Assembly: GCA_973895155.1 (NCBI GenBank)
Contig: OZ316892.1
Location: 18,218,357-18,282,356, forward strand
Source: Marsupella aquatica
Lineage: Eukaryota; Plantae; Marchantiophyta
Reading direction: 5' to 3'
DNA: 64,000 bases
The notes beneath the pieces were generated by a model. That model saw nothing but the letters and a program-made list of their open reading frames with translations. It made no database searches and was not told the origin of the DNA. Shown piece after piece: positions 25,301-35,610 of this stretch; the stretch's first letter is position 1, and each line of letters opens with the position of its first letter. Both the position numbers and the translations under genes were made by a program.

Positions 25301-26381
25301 ATGGAGACCTGTGTGGCTATGGCTGCCACAGGCTTCACCTCGCCAACCTGCCCCTCATATCGAACGACCTCGACCTCGACCTCGACCTGTGTGGTTTTTC
25401 GGCAATCAGCGCACCGCTTGAAGAATGGACGAAGGGCGGATTTGGGCAGGGCGGAGAGCAGGAGATGGAGAGCGGGAGCTGTTGTAGCCATGGCGCCGGA
25501 CGATGAAAAGATGACGAGACGCTCGCCTTTGGACTTTCCGGTGGTATGTTCTGTTTATTACTTAAACCCTATGTTTTGGGGGAATCGGAATTGCGTGTCG
25601 TCGATGCTTGGGAGGGTGAGGGTTTCTGCCGTGTTCGTCGGATTGTTACTTTCGGTTTGGTTTTCTAGAGTCCCTTTGGAATCACCTGATGTAGGTTTTG
25701 GACTGGAAGTAAGTTGCTATGAGTCGCTTTACGGAAAGAAAACTATCATCGGGAGGATGGGGAGGGTTTTTCGTTATGAACGGTATGGGATGAGCCGTCC
25801 AGACCATAGATTTTGTTGCGGATGAGTTCGAGAGCCATTTGAGTTTGATCAAAATTTGAGCCACTGGCGATCTAAAATTGCGAGGACGGGCAGGGTTGTT
25901 CAATATGTATGGATTAGCAGTTCATGGCTCTGGCCGAAAGATGTGTTGTCGATGAGTGCTGTGGCTGCTTTCTGCCACGACAGACAAACTTGTACAATTC
26001 CTGGCGAATTCTTGTAAAAAGAAAAGATTTGAATAAGGAAATCGGGCCGAACTATTGTAACGTCGAAACAATCTATTAATCTGTTGACTGCTTTCTTAGC
26101 GTGGTCACGAATATCATGGAATTCCATAGTGGTGTTTCTCTCCTATGATAAAACTTTGGAGCTTTGAATTGGACTATAATTTCGTCATATCTTGTACTCC
26201 CTTGATTTTGCAGGAGTGGGATAGACCCTCACCGGGAAGGAGACCGGACATTTTTCCTCAGTTCAGCCCCATGAAAACTCCTTTGCCTCCACCTTTGCCG
26301 ACAGATCCTCCAGAAGAGGATGAGGACGACGAGGAGAAGAAAGACGAGGACCCGGACAAGGAGGACAAGCCCGAAGAGTAA
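25301..26381 (+). CDS. Small, probably plastid-targeted protein with a Pro-rich core and acidic tail; exons 25301-25543 and 26214-26381 (136 aa)
   Basis: Ser/Thr/Arg-rich transit-peptide-like N-terminus ending VVAM; the spliced core MAPDDEKMTRRSPLDFPV|EWDRPSPGRRPDIFPQFSPMKTPLPPPLP.DPPEED resembles a conserved land-plant protein recalled from memory (function not recalled); phase-0 GTATGT...TTGCAG intron. Confidence 0.85.
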
Positions 26382-28638
26382 AGATCAACCCTCGTGGTCT
26401 CAGTAACCGCGACCAGTGTGAGGTGAAGTAGTTGGTCTCCGAGGTAAAATTTTGACAAGTTTCTAGAGAGCAAATCGCATTTATTCGTTTACCAGAAAGC
26501 AGGGAAGAGTTGGTAGCGACTAGTGGGGAAAAAGCAAACAACTGAATTTCCTCCCCTATTGAAGAGTCACATAGTTTCTGGCTTGTCCCACGAAGAGAGA
26601 TTAGGAATGGTGTACCAGTATGTACTTTGTAGATTAGCACCAGCATACTTACGAGTATATATGGAGTGTGTGTGGAAGGGCACGATTTCTGCAGTTGTGA
26701 TAGTAGAATCTGAGGATAAGAAAGACCTTATCTACTTTGTTACTTCGAAATGAATTGAGGATTTGGGGATTTATCCAGAATCGTCAATTTCATGAAATGA
26801 CGAGTGATTTAAGTGTGATTGTTATCCTCTCTTTTTCACACGGGGGTTAGGGTCGTAAACTGTCAATCTCGATTTGAGATTAGTTGCGTTGGAGAGTTTC
26901 CGCAGAATCGACAAGAATTTTAGGGTGGGAGGAGTAATTCGAAATTTTATTAACAGTGACAACTGTAGGATCGTCAAATTCTTAAATGATTGATATAATA
27001 AATTGCTGTCAAGGTCAACCGCCTTATGACAGCATTATTTTTGTGTGTCTGAACTTCCACCCCTTCACCTGAATTTTCTGCACATCGGATTGTTATTTAA
27101 TGCAAGGAACAGAACCTTCTCTCTAGACCCACTTCATTCTCAAGCACAAGGATCAGGTCAGAGCTGCACGGCATCGAAAAATCATCAGATTCTCAAAGTG
27201 GCAACGAACGGAAGGTCAAATTTGTAAATATTTTTCGGGACTCGTCCTTTGTGAAAGATGAGGACTTTCAACTCTTGTGAATTCAACTCGAGTTTATTAA
27301 TTTCTCTATCACACATTTCTGTAACTTGGGTGGTGCACAGTAAACCCTTCATCGTGACAGTCGATGCAAAAGCGTTTGCCGATTTTCTCGTTCACTTGGT
27401 CAATTAAGGAAAGTTGTTCGAGGAAATGACTGATACGTAAGAATCTCTGATTCCAGAATATGACACCGGCCAATGAGGCTCCAAATGTTCAGGAATTCTG
27501 GATTGATGCCAACCTCTGGGTTTTCTATCGAGCAGTGGAGATCCGTGAACCACCACCTTCGTTACTGGATATGATGTCAGAATCGTATGAAACATCAACC
27601 ACGACCGACGGCCACTCCAACTATCGATTAATTAGGTTATGTGATTTCGCATTTTTGAATCCCTGTCAGTGAACTCACATAAATAGCATTTCTTCGTTGG
27701 CTTAAGAAGAGCGGTTTGTGCAACAATCCGCAGCAATCCATTTTGGCCCATGGAGCTGTAGAATTCGAGGTGGGTCTAAGAATTCCACCAATGATGATTG
27801 GATTTCAAGAGAAATTGGGTCTTCTCAGCTAACGGCTCACAGTACAGACGAGATTTTCGGTCGCTGGCTGACATTGAGCTACGCCATCACCTCGTTTACA
27901 ATGCTGTCGTCACTCTACTGAGGAACGCATTTCTACAGCGGCATTAGCGTGGCTTTGAAAGCTACAGAACCTCACAAAACTATGTCCAGTTGGGATTATC
28001 CCGGAGATCCATCACCCACCACTCTCCCTCGCCCGTCGAGCCTTCTCCTCTCGCACTCTAGCTAGCCTAAGACCTCCTACCCTTCATTGCAAGTCAACTA
28101 CAGAACAGCACTGGAGCCTGAAGCAAGCAGGTAGTCAGCCTGTCCCTTAAAAAATGCCATGGTCAGAAATTTGCGCTGGCTGCAAATAGTGCTTGCCTGG
28201 CAGTCAATATTGCCAGAGAAGGTGGAACCGATTTCAAGTCGTGTTCATGCAACTGCACGCTTATCCAAAACTTCCTTGTTTGTTGGATCAGGAGCAACTG
28301 AAATCGTGTTGACGAGATTTTGAAGATGACGAGTTTCTTGGCTTTCATGTGGATATGTGTGAGCAATTTGTGGGGCAGTGCTCTACTCGAGCGTAGCATC
28401 AAGTCAGAGCCGCATGCCACTGAAAAGGAAATTGCCGAGTGCTCAACAAGTACAGAAGAGCCGTGTAAAGAAAATCTTGATTTCTATATAGATGGACGCT
28501 ACGCACGAGTGAAGTGATCATTGATCGTATAAAGGGAGGTATCCTGGGGAAGAACAGTTATCTATTAGAACGCTAGTTACGGAGCAATCTACTGGGGAAG
28601 TAAGGACATTCCTGCCAGAGTCTACAGCAAATTCTAGT

Positions 28639-28888
28639 CATCGGATAATAACAACTCAACTTTAGGGGACTGGAGAGGAAGACTTGAAGGGTACCAAATC
28701 CTATCTTGTCTGAAAGAAAGCTAGTAGCGTCTGCTTCTGGAAAATTGTTTCATCTTATGACAGACATCGGATAATAACAACTCAACTTTAGGGGACTGGA
28801 GAGGAAGACTTGAAGGGTACCAAATCCTATCTTGTCTGGAAGAAAGCTAGTAGCCTCTGCTTCTGGAAAATTGTTTCATCTTATGACA
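28639..28888 (+). repeat. Recent 126-bp tandem duplication (2 copies, 2 visible mismatches)
   Basis: catcggataataacaactcaactttaggggactgg...gtttcatcttatgaca at 28639 and 28765. Confidence 0.92.
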
Positions 28889-30837
28889 CGGATCACTGGT
28901 CTGAAACCGCAAATCATCTACCACCTCCTCTGGCAATTTTGAAGGCATAACTACTGCCTAAGTGGAGAGGATGTTTCGTCTCAATCGCGCTGATGACCAC
29001 ACTACTACGGTACCTTTACGATGCCACACTTTGTCTTGCATCGAAGCTTTAAAGCATGTTTAGGGTCGTCAAGATCCCAAACAGCATCAATTCGAAGGCT
29101 ACAGTTGAATCCCGAGATCTTACGCGGATTTTACCTCATTCGCCCAATGGTGAACATATAAAGGCCCCTGGAAAAGAAATTTCAGAACTGACCATGTACG
29201 GAGCTCCAAGGAGTAATAGTTCTCCAGATTCTGAATTAATGAATGGTTTTTTAAAGAGCGATTCTCTAATGGCACACCCTGTTTGCATATTTTGCTTCCC
29301 GTTCTCTTGTTTCCATTGCAGACAGTCAATTTTGCGTGCATCCCATTCATCAGGCAGGGTCACAACGTGCACGAGATCGCAGCACTTCTCCCAAATCTGC
29401 ACCATGGTGACCATCGTCAGTGACAGCTGATTTCGGCGACTTTAGAAGCACACTTCTGAGCAATCAAGAGAAGCAGAACTTCCTATCTAGACACCCATCG
29501 AATGCTAACGCCGTCTAGCGACACGGAGCCTCCCGAACATGTGCGCTACATCTGCACAACATCGCGGCCGAGAGCAAGTGTAGCAAACATTCGTGCGTCC
29601 AGAAGTACATAAGGTATCCCTGTCCGGATAGATTCACTCCAGAGGTGGATCTGATTCATAATGTGCGGAGGGCCAATGGAATCCATCTCCAACAGTAACA
29701 ATTACTAACCACAATCAAGTGTATTTTCCGTCACGAGACTCGTGACTGTCCAGGTTTTCGTCACCTTTGTTTTCTTTCGCGTTAGCGGGAGAGCTACTGA
29801 AACAAATCTGCTGATTCGTGTCAACTCAATTGAGATCTCTCGAACTACGAAATTGTCCTTGGATTTTTACGCTACAGAAAATGACTTTTGTAATCTACAA
29901 TTTCTACATATAACTTATTTACGATGTTCTAGTCTAATGACTGCTCAAACAACCTTAGCACAATTACCGTGTCATTTCCTGTCTTCCGGCTTCTGCTCTG
30001 CGACTGGGTTCAAATTTCCGTCCTCCTTGGTACTGTAATCATGTGACCCTTCTGCCATCGGATGCAGTTACGAACTTACGATGATTGTGTTTCAAACTTG
30101 TTACGTCATGGTACGGTAATCTTGCTTCTGTCCTCTGTCAGGACACTTTCTTTCAATTCTCATCCAACTTCCAACTGTCTTCCCTTGCTTCTTCCTGCAG
30201 AATGATCGTTTGTCTAGATGATATATTCTTTTGTCCAATTGTCCAGAACTTTCGTCTAAAAGAGCGGGCCAACATCACGCGCGAAGATGCTATGCTTGCT
30301 CGATTGAAAGAGCGAACCCGAAATCCAGAATGACATCGTCATCGACTCTACTCCGTCTGACCGGGGTGGCTTCCCAAGGATGCAGCTGTCTGATATTGGG
30401 ACAGCAATTTTTGAATTTTGACCAAGCGTTCGTTTTTCGAGAGACGGAGATCAATGGTGGAGAGGCCACTCTAACAAATCAGCAGAGAGGGAAACAGACA
30501 CCGAAATCGCCGACAATCTGTCGGCCTGAATGGGATACCGGGCCGCTCGACTGGCTTCCAAAATACGACTTTGGGAGGTACAGTACCGTAGATTCTCCGA
30601 ATTTCGAGATGACGCCATACCACAACCGAGCAATACAGTAGAAAGCCCTCCCACAGTGTTGTACCCTAAAAGCTCTACCCGTACATCGCTACATAGTGCG
30701 TGAGAATTCAGAATCATCAGGACTTGACGGCCTCCGACTCCCAGTCCGTGAACCTCGCTAATCAGACAAGATCGTGGCCCTAAAATCCTTGCTCGAAATC
30801 TGGTTCCGCCGTGATTCCTCTCATCCTTTCACAGGAC

Positions 30838-31017
30838 ATCTCCAAGCTCACCGAATTCTGGACCCCCTTTGCTCCAAATCCAGCGACTTCTGGACACCTT
30901 TTGCGCGCATAGCTCCAGGGTAACCGAATTCTCCACCCCCTTTCTCCAAATCCAACCAACTTCTGGACACCCTTTGCGGGCACAGCTCCAAGCTCACCGA
31001 ATTCTGGACCCCTTCTG
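30838..31017 (+). repeat. Tandem repeat array (unit about 70 bp) split by the young Copia insertion; continues at 35611-35725
   Basis: ctccaagctcaccgaattctggacccc..gctccaaatcc..cgacttctggacacc..tgcgcgca.ag units lie on both sides of the element. Confidence 0.82.
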
Positions 31018-31159
31018 TGTTGGAATTTAGCATACTTAAATCTCGCTGACCGGGATTAATTAGGACAACCAGGCTCCCTTTGTTTAAGGTGGGCTGCCTG
31101 GTTATATTAGGCACGCTGCGTGCAGCTCTTGTCCGCTCTGTGTAGTCTCGCTGGAACTC
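31018..31159 (+). repeat. Truncated 5' LTR of the young Copia element
   Basis: Matches 35354-35495 up to ...ctggaactc, then jumps into gag-pol linker sequence. Confidence 0.92.
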
Positions 31160-31250
31160 CTATCTTGCCACCGAAGGCACCGACTTAGGTGATAGCGACT
31201 CTGACAAAGGTGAGGATAGTGGGTCTAAGTCTGCACTAACCATAGAGGCC

Positions 31251-34200
31251 ATGTTAACTGAATTTGAATCAGGAAGCTCTAGCAAAGCACAATCCTGGAT
31301 ATTAGATTCAGGAGCATCGACTCACATCTCCCATGATAAGGAGTCATTCTCAAAGCTCAGCGCCATTAAGTCAAATGGCACCAATGTTTTGACGGCAAGT
31401 GGAACCAAGCTGCCTGCATCTGGCACTGGCCACATCAAGATCTCTGGCAATAAAGTTCTCTCTGATGTTTTGTACGTGCCGGGAGTAACTAGGAACTTAA
31501 TGTCAATAGGGAAGCTAACCGATAAGGGTCACACTGTCGTGTTCAACTCCGACTACTGCTACACAATGGACCATCGAAAACCCTTTGAGACATTTCTCAA
31601 AGGATTTCGAGATCCACACAATAGACTATATCGTCTCAATTTACCGCAGTGTCCCGACCTCGATGGTATCGACTCCACTCGCACCTACGACACAAGCCGT
31701 CTCCTCAAACACCGACACATGGCAACAACATGCAACATGATCGAGTCGATATCCACTCCACAATCAACCTGTGAGCTTTGGCACAAGAGGACCGGTCATG
31801 CCAGTCTTCAATGGCTAAATTACATGACAAAAAATCAACTCGTGAACGGTACTCCTATGATACCACTGTCCCACCACCTTTGCGGAACCTGTGTCCAAGA
31901 GAAACATCATCGACAGAAGATTCCCAAAGCATCATCCCATAGGTCAACTCGACCACTTCAACTTTTACACACCGACTTGTGTGGACCTCTTCCTGTGGTC
32001 ACCCCGCATGGACATCGGTACATTATGACCATTACCGATGACTATTCACGTCACTCTTGGGTTTACTTGCTCAAAACCAAAGACCAAGCTTTTGACACAT
32101 TTAAAGCCTTCAAAGTCCAAGTCGAGACACAGTTCCTTCACAAAATCTCATGTCGTCGGAGCGACCGCGGAGGAGAGTTTCTATCTCATTCTTTTACACA
32201 GTACTTGGCAGCTCACGGCATCCGACGTCAGCTCACAGTCGCCAGTACGCCTCACCAAAATGGAGTTGCAGAACGCAAAAATAGAACACTTCTCAACATT
32301 GTTCGTAGTCTCTCTATTGGGTCAAATATTCCTGCCTTTCTATGGGGAGAACTGGTTGGCACTGCCAACTATCTCAACAATCGCTGCAGCACTCGGGCAC
32401 TCAATCAAAGCACTCCCTATCAAGCTCTCTTCAATGAGAAGCCCTGTCTAAAACACCTTCGTATCATTGGCAGTACTGCCTTTGTCCATGTCCCCAAACA
32501 TCTACGTCACAAACTTGGAGCCCGATCTATTAGATCCGTTCTAGTCGGTTACGATCAACAAAGCAAAGCCTACCGTTGTTACGACCCAGCTCGCCGATGC
32601 ATTCTTATAAGTCGTGATGTAATAGTTGATGAAACCACACCTGGGGACTTCTCCTCCGTACCCCATTCATCTATCAGTCTCTTTGATATATTTTCTTCTG
32701 ATGACCAAATATCATCAACCCCATCTCCACCTCAGGAGGGGGACTCCGCACTAGAAAGAGAAGAAACAGAAGACATGGGGACTCAAGCAGAAAATCAATC
32801 GGAAGATCAAGAAGTACAGGAGCCACTCCAGCATACTCCAGATATATCGGCTCCATCAATCACCACACGACTACTCAAATCCAGGCCTCTACCGCCACGC
32901 CGACCTCCTTCCACTCGAATCAGGTCAGATAATCACCGTTTTTTGGGTCATCATATGTATGTTGCAACCGCAAATCAGGATATTGCCATTGCACTACTAG
33001 CTGACTCTTCAAACGACATTCACCTTGAAGACGCCATCCAAGACACGCAATGGAGAAAAGCAATGAAATCAGAGATGGATGCTCACAAACGCAACGGCAC
33101 ATGGGATTTGGTTCAGCTTCCACCTGGTGAGAAATCGCTCTCTTCCAAGTGGATTCTCAGGAATAAGATAGATCATGAGGGAAACATCCGACACAAAGCA
33201 AGAGTAGTGGCCAGAGGGAATGAGCAAAGACCAGGACTGGATTTTCAGGAAACGTTTGCACCAGTGGTGAGATGGTCCACTGTAAGGCTTATAGTTGCCT
33301 TAGCTGCTGCGTACGGATGGCCAATCTCTCAAATGGACGTGGTAACAGCCTTCTTGAATGGAACAATCAAGGAAACTATATTCATGGATCAACCAGCGGG
33401 TTTCGAAGTCAAGGGGAAGGAGAATCTAGTATGTCGACTTCTCAAATCCATATATGGACTCAAGCAAAGTCCACGAGCATGGTATGATGAGGTAGATTCC
33501 TTTCTTCGTTCAATTGATTGTGAACGAAGCTCACTAGATCCAAATCTCTATGTGTGTAAAAGGGATGGAGAATTAGTAGTGATATTGCTGTTTGTCGATG
33601 ACCTTCTCATCACTGGTACCAGCAAGGATCTGATCAATCATCTCAAGGCCAAGCTGAGCGCGAAGTACGAAATGAAAGATCTAGGGCCGGTGAAAAGATA
33701 CCTCGGGGTGGACTTCTTGGTGAATAATCAAGGAATACTCATGCATCAAACTGAGTACTCGACACAGTTGCTGCGAGACTACAATATGATCGAGTGCAGA
33801 CCAACCAAAACTCCACTTCCCGAAGGGCTCACACTCTCGGCTGAGACTGGCACCAGCAATATCGACTCAACAGCATATTGTCAACTTGTAGGAAAACTCA
33901 TTTACTTGACCAATACAAGGCCCGACATCTCGTTTGCAATAGGACTTGTCAGTAGATTTATGTCTCAACCCCAACAAGCTCATTGGGAAGCAGCAATTCA
34001 CATCCTCAGGTATATCAGCAACACCAAAGACCTTGGGATATTCTTTCAACAATATCCCGACATTAAGCTACAAGGATTCACAGATTCAGACTGGGGAAGC
34101 TCATGCTCCGATACGAGAAGGTCAACGGGAGGGTACCTGTTTACCCTTGCCTCAGGACCGATCACATGGAGCAGCAAGCGCCAACCCACGGTGTCTAGGT

Positions 34201-34652
34201 CAACCACTGAAGCTGAGTACCGGGCGTTGTCAGACGGAGCTCAAGAGGGTGTCTATTTGAAACGTCTTATAGAGGAGCTCCGACAACAAAAACTAACACC
34301 GGCCAATATAAAGTGCAAGGATGCCAAGATTGCATCGGATCTCTCAACTGCTCATATACCCACTCAGCAGGACGTGCACCTAAGCTGCGATAACATCAGT
34401 GCATTGAAGCTGGCCAAAAATCCTGTCTTCCATGCAAGAACCAAGCATCTGGAAATTCATCACCACTTCATACGAGAGCGAGTACTAGCTGGTGAGCTTT
34501 CAATTCAACATGTCTCTACACATGATCAACCAGCCGACATCCTCACAAAGGTTCTACCGAGAATCAAGTTTGAGCATCATCGGCAAGCAATCGGAATGAG
34601 GTCAGCAAAAGAACTTGCAACGATCGAACCATCTTCAATTATAACGCGGTGA
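31251..34652 (+). CDS. pol: Copia Pol polyprotein (PR - GAG-pre-integrase - IN - RT - RNase H), 1133 aa, uninterrupted
   Basis: WILDSGAS (protease); WHKRTGH...CGTC; HTDLCG / RSDRGGEF / NGVAERKNR (integrase DDE); QMDVVTAFL, YGLKQSPRAW, LFVDD (RT); FTDSDW, TEAEY, CDN, ADILTK (RNase H). Confidence 0.96.
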   Translation: MLTEFESGSSSKAQSWILDSGASTHISHDKESFSKLSAIKSNGTNVLTASGTKLPASGTGHIKISGNKVLSDVLYVPGVTRNLMSIGKLTDKGHTVVFNSDYCYTMDHRKPFETFLKGFRDPHNRLYRLNLPQCPDLDGIDSTRTYDTSRLLKHRHMATTCNMIESISTPQSTCELWHKRTGHASLQWLNYMTKNQLVNGTPMIPLSHHLCGTCVQEKHHRQKIPKASSHRSTRPLQLLHTDLCGPLPVVTPHGHRYIMTITDDYSRHSWVYLLKTKDQAFDTFKAFKVQVETQFLHKISCRRSDRGGEFLSHSFTQYLAAHGIRRQLTVASTPHQNGVAERKNRTLLNIVRSLSIGSNIPAFLWGELVGTANYLNNRCSTRALNQSTPYQALFNEKPCLKHLRIIGSTAFVHVPKHLRHKLGARSIRSVLVGYDQQSKAYRCYDPARRCILISRDVIVDETTPGDFSSVPHSSISLFDIFSSDDQISSTPSPPQEGDSALEREETEDMGTQAENQSEDQEVQEPLQHTPDISAPSITTRLLKSRPLPPRRPPSTRIRSDNHRFLGHHMYVATANQDIAIALLADSSNDIHLEDAIQDTQWRKAMKSEMDAHKRNGTWDLVQLPPGEKSLSSKWILRNKIDHEGNIRHKARVVARGNEQRPGLDFQETFAPVVRWSTVRLIVALAAAYGWPISQMDVVTAFLNGTIKETIFMDQPAGFEVKGKENLVCRLLKSIYGLKQSPRAWYDEVDSFLRSIDCERSSLDPNLYVCKRDGELVVILLFVDDLLITGTSKDLINHLKAKLSAKYEMKDLGPVKRYLGVDFLVNNQGILMHQTEYSTQLLRDYNMIECRPTKTPLPEGLTLSAETGTSNIDSTAYCQLVGKLIYLTNTRPDISFAIGLVSRFMSQPQQAHWEAAIHILRYISNTKDLGIFFQQYPDIKLQGFTDSDWGSSCSDTRRSTGGYLFTLASGPITWSSKRQPTVSRSTTEAEYRALSDGAQEGVYLKRLIEELRQQKLTPANIKCKDAKIASDLSTAHIPTQQDVHLSCDNISALKLAKNPVFHARTKHLEIHHHFIRERVLAGELSIQHVSTHDQPADILTKVLPRIKFEHHRQAIGMRSAKELATIEPSSIITR

Positions 34653-34709
34653 TACACTTCTGAATCCTCGTGGAATTCTCTTGGTAAACATGCTGTCTAG
34701 TGCCTTCAC

Positions 34710-35195
34710 CTAAACCATTCGTCTTCCACCAGTCCGACCAAGCAGACTAGTCTCACGGCTCAAATACTCTTCTGCCTCAGATCGACTTCTAAACTACTTA
34801 AACTTGTTGCCTCTGAATCCTGAGACTTGAGGCTGACACTCCTCCCACGATAAGTAGATGCCTGGTCGAAATCCAACCACTACTGCATAATAGCGCCGCG
34901 GCGGCATCTCACTTAGGCCAATTGGGCTGTCTAGCGGAGGAGCATGGACTGAATCTGACGTTCGACTTGACACTGCTGTGACATCTGGCACTGCTACAAG
35001 TTCTTGAGACTGCCGCTTCTCGTTTAGCCTTGATCCATTCACCGTTTCTGAACGACTGTCGCCAGCAGAATCTGCTGGCCCCTCAGCCGACTGCAACGAC
35101 CTGTGTAGATATTGCAGGAATGTAGACACGAATCCCATCACTGCCAGCAGCAAGAAGATACATGATTCTCGCAGTGTGATATTCTCCTGGGCCAT
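34710..35195 (-). CDS. Antisense accessory ORF of the Copia element: hydrophobic helix, disordered linker and RNase H1 N-terminal hybrid-binding (Cauli_VI/viroplasmin) domain; in-frame TAG at 34794-34796
   Basis: MAQENITLRESCIFLLLAVMGFVSTFLQYL...PPRRYYAVVVGFRPGIYLSWEECQPQVSGFRGNKFK*FRSRSEAEEYL matches the recalled domain consensus YAV..G..PG(I/V)Y.(S/T)W.EC..QV.GF.G..(Y/F)K.F....EA...L on both sides of the stop. Confidence 0.85.
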
Positions 35196-35353
35196 CTTCC
35201 CCCTGCTTGACACTCACTCGACTAGTCTTTGATCGAGCTCACTACCCATCGGGGTGCATTATCAACCTTACCGCATATTGAATGAGTAGATTCTCCACCT
35301 CACCTTTATGACAGCTGTGTCTGAGTTTCTATCGAGCCTAGCTCGCGAGGGGG

Positions 35354-35610
35354 TGTTGGAATTTAGCATACGTAAATCTCGCTGACCGGGATTAATTAGG
35401 ACAACCAGGCTCCCTTTGTTTAAGGTGGGCTGCCTGGTTATATTAGGCACGCTGCATGCAGCTCTTGTCCGCTCTGTGTAGTCTCGCTGGAACTCTCCTG
35501 TCCAGTCATGCTTTCCTTATCGACTGGTATTCTGCGGGACTGTCTCGTCCCGGACCTGTACTTAATGACCCATCGTTAGGGGACTAATATACATGAGAAA
35601 ATTTTCTTCA
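35354..35610 (+). repeat. Complete 3' LTR (257 bp) of the young Copia element
   Basis: TGTTGGAATTT...TTCTTCA, bounded by the PPT and the TSD. Confidence 0.93.

Larger units (their letters stand above)
31018..35610 (+). mobile_element. Young Ty1/Copia LTR retrotransposon with an internal deletion of the 5'-LTR end, PBS and gag; TSD TTCTG
   Basis: Termini TG...CA; TTCTG at 31013-31017 and 35611-35615; PPT GAGGGGG at 35347-35353; intact pol ORF; the LTR overlap differs at only 2 of about 142 nt. Confidence 0.95.

Noticed and set aside
29136-29414. F-box/kelch-like pseudogene fragment
   Set aside because: Only a vague resemblance; no F-box motif found in any frame read
30848-31114. Near-identical small ORFs MPNITRQPTLNKG... 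(also at 35268-35450)
   Set aside because: They are antisense readings of the two LTR copies and give no independent sign of coding
35591-35593. Alternative 3' LTR end at ...AATATACA (35593)
   Set aside because: No TSD there; ending at 35610 gives the TTCTG duplication and restores the flanking repeat
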